Positions 43,129 to 64,000 of a DNA stretch of 64,000 bases are shown piece after piece; the first letter of the stretch is position 1, and each line of letters begins with the position of its first letter. The notes beneath the pieces were generated by a model, which saw only the letters and a list, made by a program, of their open reading frames with translations, was not told where the DNA came from and ran no database searches. Source of the DNA: the human T2T-CHM13v2.0 reference genome, Homo sapiens; the NCBI RefSeq assembly GCF_009914755.1, contig NC_060940.1; one strand, written 5' to 3'. A program made the position numbers and the translations under genes.

Positions 43129-43669
43129 CCGGCACATGAAAAAGTGAATAAAGAGAGGGTAGTATGGACAGGAATGGAATGGGGAGAATCCTGATTCTCC
43201 ATCCCCCCACCCTCACTCCTCCTTTTGCACCTGCCTCCACACACACAGGCGGCCCTCCAGACCCCATCCTGGGAATGTCACTCGGAGGCCTTAATGTCTG
43301 GAGGGTTTCCACAAATCAGACAAATAAAACCGCCTCCCCTTCCCACCTCCCCACCCTTCTGTGACAGAGGTCATTCCCCCACCCAACCCCATTCCACTGG
43401 CCTCCCTCCTCCACCCTGAACACCTTCATGGGGCTACCACAATTAGACCCTGAAATGTAGAGGAAATATTTGGGAAATCCCAGAGGGAAGGGGGCTCTCC
43501 AATTTTCTTCTCTCTCTTGGCCACACAGAACCAGGGTAAGGTTAGCTACTTGACCCAAACTCTTTCTGAACCAAGAATATCCTCTTTATAAAACCATAGT
43601 ATTTTCTTAAAAATCGTGACTGGTTCCTACAAGGAAACACAGTAGGAGCCGCTTTTGTTTATTTATTAA

Positions 43670-46779
<3,110 letters not shown>

Positions 46780-48239
46780 TCACCTGGATGGTTCCCTATT
46801 ATAAAATGTCACTGCAATAGATATTGCTGGGCACATGGCTTTTCTTTTCTTTTTTTTTTTTTTAGGGTTATTTCCTTTGGGCAAATTCCCAGAAGTGTGA
46901 TTACTGACGAGAAAAGTATAGACATTTCCAGGCCCCTGAAACGCTGCGTCAAACTGCTTCCTGAAGAGGCTGGGACCCACCCACGCCTGTTCAAGGAACT
47001 GCCTGCTCAGTGTAATGAAGCCACTGCCATCTCGGTCATCTTTGGATGTGAAACATCTGTTCTCCTGTGTCGGGAAGTTGGAGCAATGCGGGAAAGAACG
47101 GAACTTCCTTGCCTACTCCAGGAATCGGCCAGGACCACTGCTGGACGTGGGGCACTTGAATGGGTCCCTCACCCGTGTGCAGGCCCTCAGGGCTCCCAGG
47201 AACAGGAATGTGTCCTTTCCTCTCTCTCTCTCTCTCTCCACTGTGCAAACAGGGAGCCCAAGCTCTCAGCATCCCCCCAGCCAGCTCTGGATGGAGGATG
47301 AGCTGAATTACGCACCGTGGACTTCACCAGTGGGGCTGTGACAAGTGCCTGTGTCCCCGTGGGGAATGTGGCCCCTAGTATTCAATGGGGGGATGCCACG
47401 CAGGTCTGGCTATGTCTTCAGAAACCCCCACGAGGCCCAGGATTCCTCCCAGGCGGGATCCTGTGCACCTCCCGGAGGACTGGGAAGAGGGAAAGGAGCA
47501 CAGCTAGCACTGCCCTGGGCTCCCTTCATAGTGTGGGGGACCCCTTCCCAGCCCCGTGTCTCTCTTTACAGCCCAGAGCCGCACAGGAGGGAGACTCCTA
47601 GGCAGGGGCCGCAAGGAAGGAAGGGAAGAAAAGGAGAAAGAAGGGAGGGAAAAAGAGAAATGAAAAGAAAAAGAATTGAGATGGGACAAGGAGTGAGAAG
47701 AGGGGAGGAAGCAAGAAAAAGTAAAGCAGCAGCCAGCCGGGCACGGAGGCCAAGGCAGGAGGATCGCTGGAGGCCAGGAGTTCGAAGCTGCAGTGAGCTA
47801 TGATTGCACCACTGCACTCTAGCCTGGGCAACAGAGTGAGACCCTGTTTCTAAGAGAAAGAGAAGCAAGAGAGTTACCGTGAGAGCCCCGAGAGCTTCCC
47901 ACACTACACATGTCACTCTCACAACCGCACCAGGAGGTAGGTTCCACTTTTCCCACGGAAACTTATCAATAGCTGCCTCTTTAGGATCAAGACCAACCTC
48001 TCCCACGGCCTGCGCACAGCCTGATCTTCTGGGAGCCCCCATTCTTCCTTCAAAGTGTTGCACACACAGGATATGTGATCATTGATTTAGTTGAGGGATC
48101 CTTTTTCGTTAAACTTATTGTGGGCTATTGCTATCAGACACAGAACAGGCATGATAGGCTGATGGCACTGACCTCTACACCCTACTCACCATCTGGTCTG
48201 TCTGATGCTATCCGTCCCACATGGTTCCCTCTGCCCCTG

Positions 48240-49023
<784 letters not shown>

Positions 49024-49827
49024 TACTTCACTGTATTCTTCCAACAACCTTACGAGCGAAGTGCTATTCCTGTCCTATATTATGGATGAGGAAACTGAGT
49101 TCAGAGAGCTTTCAGGAATGGCCCAAGGTCACACCACCATTTGGGAGTAAATCCACATCCTCACCCCAGGCAGTTTGGCTCCAGAGCCCCAGCTTCCACT
49201 GCTATTCTGAACTGCCTACAGTGTGGACCACGTTTTCTGTTCCAAAGTTGGGAAAGTAAAACCCCCACTCTCAGGGCAGGTGCCCCATGTATAGCTGCCT
49301 TGCCAAGCTGGCCTCAGCCTTGCATCACAGGCCTGCATCAGAGGATGCAATGTGATTCTCACTATCATGTTCCCTGCAGAGCTGTGTCGAGAACAGTGCT
49401 GTCTCCTCCAGCACATTGCCTTGGCCCCTGTATAAGGGCCTGTAGGAGAAAAGCCCTTCACACCCAAGAAGGCTGGACTTCCCTTAAGCTCTTAATTTAT
49501 TTTCAATTTTGGGTCAGTGAGAATCTTGAAATTAATTGGTTCTCTTTTTGCTCTGGCCACTAGGAAGCTCAGAGCCAAATGTATGTCCCACTTCTGAAAG
49601 TAGTGTGCTTTAATATGGGTATCATTCGGGAAAAAAAAAAAAAGTTCCTTCCTTCTTATTGTTTTCTACCTCAACGTCCTCATTAAAAAAATCCTGTTGT
49701 TTTGTTGGTATCTCTGTAAGTTACCTCGAATCCATCTTGGAAAAAGGCAAGGGTTGTGAATGCAAAAAAAAATTTAATAAATACAGGCACACATGAAAAA
49801 CGAATGAACAACCATAACATCACCAGA

Positions 49828-50045
49828 CCAGGGTTCATCAACCTTGGCACTATTAGTATTTGGGGCCAGGTCATTCATTGTTATGGGCGCTTGCCTGTGC
49901 ATCATGGAAGGTTTGGCAACATCCCTGACCTCTTTCTAGAAACCAGTAGCACTCCTCCCCACATCATGGCATCCAAAGATGTCTCCAGATGACATCTCCA
50001 GATTTGTCTCCTAGGACCAAATTCCCTCCCAGTTAAGAACCCCTG
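49828..50045 (+). mobile_element. MER20 hAT-Charlie MITE
   Basis: CAGGGTTCATCAACCTTGGCACTATT..TTTGGGGCCAG..CCAGTAGCAC..TGTCTCCAGA..AGAACCCCTG. Confidence 0.8.
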
Positions 50046-50455
50046 TCCCAGCTCCCTGAAGGCAGGATCATTATGGTTTTACAACAGTAAACCCCCTCAG
50101 GCATGAAGCTGGCACTTAGCAGAAACAGCTGGCTGAAGAAATAAACTAATGCCTGCCCCAGTACATCATCCCTTTCCAGGCTTCCAGGACACAGAGCTCT
50201 TGCCATCTCGATCCTCCTAGCACCCCCATGGGATCAGAATTAGATCCTTGCGTCACAGATAAACCCCACTGGGGTTCAGAGAAGCTGAGCGAGTGGCCCA
50301 AGATCACACAGCAAGCACAGCCCAGGATAAAGGATAGAGTGCAGAAAGACTGCCTGTCCCTCGTTATGGTGAGAAGAACGGGGAGCAGTGAGGAAAGGGA
50401 CGTAGCTGGATCATGGGGAACAAGTTGGATTCTACCGGGTGTGGGGAAAGGGGAG

Positions 50456-50541
50456 GGGAGTTCCCAGGTAGGGAAATCCCAGCATGAGCAAAAGCCCGTA
50501 GGCAGGAATTTGAGCAGCTTGCTTAAGAGTTGGGAACTCCC
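50456..50541. promoter_or_regulatory. Cluster of three NF-kB-like sites
   Basis: GGGAGTTCCC 50456, GGGAAATCCC 50471, GGGAACTCCC 50532. Confidence 0.45.
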
Positions 50542-50569
50542 ACAAGAATTGAAAACCTAAAAATCCATA

Positions 50570-51650
<1,081 letters not shown>

Positions 51651-53132
51651 CCAAAACACTCTTGGAAAAAAGAAAAAGGGATAAAGGGAGCAAAGGATTC
51701 AGGCTGCAGGACTGGCTGTGCCACTTCCCGGCTGCGTGACCGTGAGCAAGTTACTTCACCTCCCAGAGCCTCAGAGGCCCCCATCTGCTACGGTTGAGAG
51801 ATGCCTGCTGTTCAAGGGACCGTAAACATTTGTCCCTGGCATGCCTCCTTCCTGCCCACTTCTCCCTCACACTCCAGAAGCCTCCAGAATGTCTGCTGCA
51901 GGAATGGGGCAACTCCTTGAAATCCAAACGGAAAAGACCAGGCTTTCCTGGCCAGTGATGGAAACAAATTTTCACTGTCGTCCAAGGCCTGGATGCTGAA
52001 ATCACACCCCACCTTCTCTCTCCAGGCCCAGAGGTCCCCGCCTGTCATTTACAGTTTCAAGGCACCAAATGACCCCAATGATTTGCAAAGGATTCCCTAT
52101 GGCCACCAATCTCTGCAGCCTTCAATCCTCCCCACCCTAGTCCCCACTGCTCCTGATGGCTTTGGGGGGCCTCAGGGAAGCACAGAGAAGCTGGGACTCA
52201 CCCTGCAAAATAATCCAGCCCAGGAGGACTGGGTGGTGGGGGGACCCCATAAAGAAGCAAGTGTGTGAGCAGCTCCTCCGCACACAATGGCCCCTCAGAA
52301 ACCTGTCCCAGGGGAAAACAGGGGATCTCTATCGGCAATCCCTAAGAAAGAAATGTCTGTCTTCTTTCAGGACCTGCCCCCGCAGGCTCCAGGCCAAGAA
52401 TGTCCGGCAAGGGGTCTATTAAGTTTCTAAAATTATGCCTAGGTTGGAGGGTTGGTGGGGGTGAGGATCGGGAAAGGACGTGGCGGTCGGGCAGGCAGGA
52501 AATCTTATTCTGGTCCTTCAAGCCCCAGCCTGCACGCTGGGCAGTGGGAAGGGAGTGGAGAGTCCCTCCAGCAGATATCAGGATGGCTTGAGAATCAAAA
52601 GCTCTGTGCACATGGCTTGGCAGCTCAGTTGTCTTCAGACATTGCCACAGTGCCTTCCCAGAGTGCTCAGGTTTTCCCCCGAGCAAGGGAACAATGGGAT
52701 GGAGCCCAACTTGAGCAGTAAATAAGAGGAAAAAAACCATCGCCCAGTGGTCATAATCTAGAAGTGGAAACAGGGTTGCTGTGTTGGGTTGTGCAGGTTG
52801 CGCACTGCATAAATGCAGGGGGCACTCTTCTCAAGTATGGAGTCATGCTTTGTACAACTCAGACAACCATTCAAGGCAACATGTAATGTACCAGAAGGGG
52901 GACCAGCTGGCTCATGGGAGCAAGCCTTCACTCTTGGGTGGGGCTGGGGAAATGTGAATCAGTGGCCAATTTGTACATGGAAGACAGAACAAGACCTCAC
53001 GACAGTGTCAGTCCTAATTGAAACACTTAGTACCCCTCTCCCCCAACTACCGAAATCTAAGGGGTAGGAGGAGGGAGGAAAAGTCAAGGAGAAGGCGCCT
53101 AAAAATCTATGAGTCGTCCTACCTCCCAGATA

Positions 53133-54213
<1,081 letters not shown>

Positions 54214-55099
54214 TGAGAGGGTGGAAACAGGGTCTCAAAGTCCAAGGATCTCCTGGCACTGCCCACACCGCCAAAGCTCAGGACAGCCAACCATGTGCCA
54301 GGTTTGCTCAGCCCAGATCTAAAACGGGGGTCTCTCCAGTGAGTCAGACCAGGTCATTTCCCAGCCCAGGGACTCTGTGACTCCTGGGAGCCGCAGCAGG
54401 CTTTGGCTGCACCGTCCTCATCATTCTTGTGAAAAGGGGCCACCTGGGGGGCAGCCTGGAGGGTTGGTGAAGAGGTGTCTCCCTCCCTGGCTTGGCCTGG
54501 GCTCTCTGGAAGGCAGGTGAAGAATGAGGAAGGAAGGGCCTTATTGGGCAACTCCCAGCAGGTTTCTGTGGGAACGGCTGTCTGACCTCGTGTGGGTCAC
54601 CTGCGGTTAGAGCAAACTGCACTGCATGCGGCCAGCGGGCGGCCAGGGCCGGCCCAGCTCAGGACGCTCACGTGCACAGAGAACCTGGATGGAAAGTTAA
54701 CAAGGCCCAGGCAGGAGCCCTCGCAGAGACAGCAGACCTTCCCACCCCACTCCCAGCCCAGAACTGGCCACCCACTTCCCCACCCCATTCTCCCCTGACA
54801 TCTCTGTTTGTCCACGTCCTTGAGAAGGGCGGAGGGACGAGGACAGACTGAAAAGAGATGTTTGGAGGATGAGTCCGCCCTCTTGGGGAATGATTTCACT
54901 GTGGAACCAAGCTTGGTTACACCAGAAGCTCTTGGGCACCATCTCAGGGACTCCCATGGCTCCTGAAGACTTGTGGGAACCCTGTGTCCCCCTAGAATCT
55001 TGACCTCCCAACCCTGCAAAAGCTGTCATCTTGGGGCACAGCCGATGGCCTGGGTGCCTCTTGATGGGCAAGGCCAGCCATTCAGGTGCTTCACTCTAG

Positions 55100-55369
<270 letters not shown>

Positions 55370-56187
55370 TAGTTTTTGTTTCCACTTCTGGATCCCCATG
55401 GGATGGAGAGAGACGGGACACTCGCATTGACAGAGAGACCAGACCTCCTGGGTCACCTGGGGGAATAAGCAATGCAGCCAGCTGCCAGGTCCCAGGGCTG
55501 CCTTCTCCTGACCATCTGGGCAATTCAGACACAGCTGGGTCTGAGGTGCCAGAGTGTGTTGTTCCGCCTGTTTAGACCTGCCCCACCTCGAAGACATCGG
55601 TGATTCACAATCTTCCCTAGAACGGACAACTCCTGGAGGGTGGGGCCCCTGCTGATTCAAACTGGGCTCCTATGAAAGCTCCCAGAGGGTGAGGGCAGTC
55701 AGGGAAGGCTTCCAGGAGGAAGTGGCTCTTGTTGAAGGCTAAGCCAGAGTTAGGTGGGAGAGGAGCAGGAAAGGTGTCCTTACAGGGAGCACAGCCGGAC
55801 AGAGGGTGTGGCGTGTGCCGGCTAGGCAGTTCACACTGGTGGAACCGAGGGCACAGAGGTGGCTGGGGCAAAGCCCAGACAGAAAGGACATCTCAGAAAT
55901 GAGGATCTGTACTCCGAGAGCCGGCCTCACCCTGCCACATGTTGTCAGATGACCGGGCGGGCCACTTCTCTCGCTGAATGTTTATTTCCTTATCTCTAAA
56001 ACGGAACTGACAGTTGAGATCAACGCCTGTGTTCTGTGGGGTCCCTCTGCTTCCTGGCAGGTCCTGAGATTTGGACACTTGCACATGACTCATTCATTCC
56101 CAGCAACACCAGTCAACAGTGGAGCCGTTGTGCCCATTGTACAGACGGGGCAGCTGAGGCTTGTGCAGGCTCAGAAGGATGTCCTAG

Positions 56188-57795
<1,608 letters not shown>

Positions 57796-57807
57796 AAGTG
57801 AAGACCT

Positions 57808-60620
<2,813 letters not shown>

Positions 60621-60792
60621 TGCTTGATGGGCTCCCCGGGCTTTCGCTGTGTGCGATGGGCTAATAGCAAGATAGTTTCTCTCTGGCCATGGAGCCAGTG
60701 GCCATTGTCCCCGCCTCCCAGTGGGTGGAGCATTTCTGGGGGTGGGGAGGGGGCGCTTCATAGAGCTGCAAATTAAAAACCCCCGCACTGGC

Positions 60793-61438
<646 letters not shown>

Positions 61439-61881
61439 TCAGAGGACACATCTCCACATGGCATGATGAGGCAAAGACCAGTGCCCCAAAGGCCCCAAAT
61501 GTCATGTGACCCATGTGCACTTCACCCTGTGGCAAGAAGCTGCCAACTCAGCCCTCTTCAGGGGTCATGCAAGAGACAGAAACAGGAGAAGCAAGCTGAG
61601 TATAATTATTACAGCCACAGGGCATTCTTGGCTTATATTCTACTTTCCCACTTTGTTTTTGTTTTTTTTTTTGGAGACAGTCTCAGTCTATTGACCAGGC
61701 TGGAGTGCAGTGGTATGATCATAGCTCACTGCAGTGTTGACTTCCTGGGCTCAAACCACCATCCTGCCTCAGCTTCCTGAGCAGCTGGAACCACAGGTGC
61801 ATGCCACCACATCTGGTTAATTTTTTAAAATTTTTCTTTTGTAGAGGCGTCATCCTGCTATGTTGCCCAGGCTGGTCTTCA

Positions 61882-62673
<792 letters not shown>

Positions 62674-62994
62674 GCCTCCCAAAGCACTGGGATTACAGAC
62701 GTGAGCCACTGTGGCCAGCCCACTTTCCCACTATTGAAGGTGATATGGAAAAAATAGGTCATTTCTATTCTGTGAAAGAATCAGCAGCACAAGTATGATG
62801 ATATTAGGAACTTATTCTCAGCCTGTGGTCAGGGAGACAGACAATAGGGAGTGGTGGGGACTGTGACAAACTGAAGGGCAAGGCCCCATGTAACAGGTGC
62901 AGCGGGCACTGTCATGGCCCTGCCCACATCTCCCTCAGCAGCTGCTGCTCCAGGACATGTCAACACTGCACACTGGGCTCGCCATTTGTGACTT

Positions 62995-63590
62995 TCTATT
63001 TTGAGATGGTCTCGCTCTGTTGCCCAGGCTGGAGTGCAGTGGTGCCATCATGGCTTACTGCAGCCTCAACTTTCTGGGCTCAGGTGATCCTGCCACCTCA
63101 GTCTCCTGAGTAGCTGGGACTACAGGCGCACTCCACCACACCCAGTTAATTTTTTTTTTTTTTGAGATGGAGTTTCGCTCTTGTTGCCCAGCCTGGAGTG
63201 CAATGGCAGTGCGCGATCTCGGCTCACCGCAACCTCCGCCTCCCAGGTTCAAGTGATTCTCCTGCCTTAGCCTCCAGAGTAGCTGGGATTATAGGCATGT
63301 GCCACCACGCCCAACTAATTTTGTATTTTTAGTAGGGACAGGATTTCTCCATGTTGGTCAGGCTGGTCTCGAACTCCCGACCTCAGGTGATCTGCCCACC
63401 TCGGCCTCCCAAAGTGCTGGGATTATAGGCATGAGCCACTGCACCCAGCCCCAGCCAATTTTTATATGTTTTGCAGAGATGGGGTCTTGCTATGTAGCCC
63501 AGGCTGGTCTTTAACTCCTGGGTTCTAGCCATCCTTCTGCCTCAGCCTCCCAAAGTGCTGGGATTACAGGCATGAGCCACCGCTCCTGGC
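62995..63590 (-). mobile_element. Reverse AluSp-like nested in the linker of a reverse AluJ-like
   Basis: Two interleaved Alu bodies; CACCCAG repeat at the junctions. Confidence 0.8.
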
Positions 63591-64000
63591 CCACCCATGA
63601 CTTTCTACTTGAAGTTTTCTTCTTGGCCTATGTGCAGAACAGACTGGTATTAACCCCCCTCAGAAGCAGGCCTCCATCAAGGATAGACAGGAGTCAGAAG
63701 GGAACATCCCAGCCCCCTTGCCCCTCAGGAAGCACAACCCACGTTCTACACAGCTCCCCTGAATTCCCCGGCAGGATGCAGCCCCAGGTGCCCACAAGAG
63801 TGGCCGGCTCCCTGACACCTTGTAGTGTGTGTTGATTCTTTCCCTGCCCCGACTCTCTTCCCAACTGCTTGTGCTTCCTGAGATCCCCTCCCTAGTAAAC
63901 CACTGGCACCCAGATCCTAAGATCCTGCTCTCAGAGCTCCGGGGCAATGCAAACTAAGATAAGAAACCAGCTCCTACGTTGCTGCAGCCCATTTCTTCTG

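Overview
Primate (almost certainly human) genomic DNA. It is extremely Alu-dense and has no protein-coding exon; the ORF track is almost entirely Alu-, low-complexity- or CpG-island-derived noise. A CpG island at ~28.2-29.6 kb is the promoter of LITAF (SIMPLE/PIG7, chr16p13), transcribed on the minus strand. I recognise the 5'UTR of one LITAF mRNA at 28232-28459 and a second non-coding first exon ending at 28972; a third is inferred at 29237-~29550. Each ends in a canonical GT donor. Positions 1-28231 are therefore LITAF intron 1 (coding exon 2 lies left of the window) and >29.6 kb is upstream sequence. The rest is nested mobile DNA (Alu, L1M, L2, MIR, MLT1/MLT2/MSTA/MER21/LTR9/MER34-like LTRs, Charlie/Tigger/MER20/MER53/MER81 DNA transposons) plus a retroposed U1 snRNA pseudogene. 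The most notable observations are: three LITAF leaders with apparently different translational controls (stop-start uORF, TOP-like start, long uORF); a near-consensus p53 element and duplicated MITF/TFE-type boxes in intron 1; NF-kB site clusters; a candidate distal first exon near 40.5 kb; and an intermediate AluYb-lineage insertion. Repeat subfamily names come from recalled consensus sequences and boundaries are approximate.
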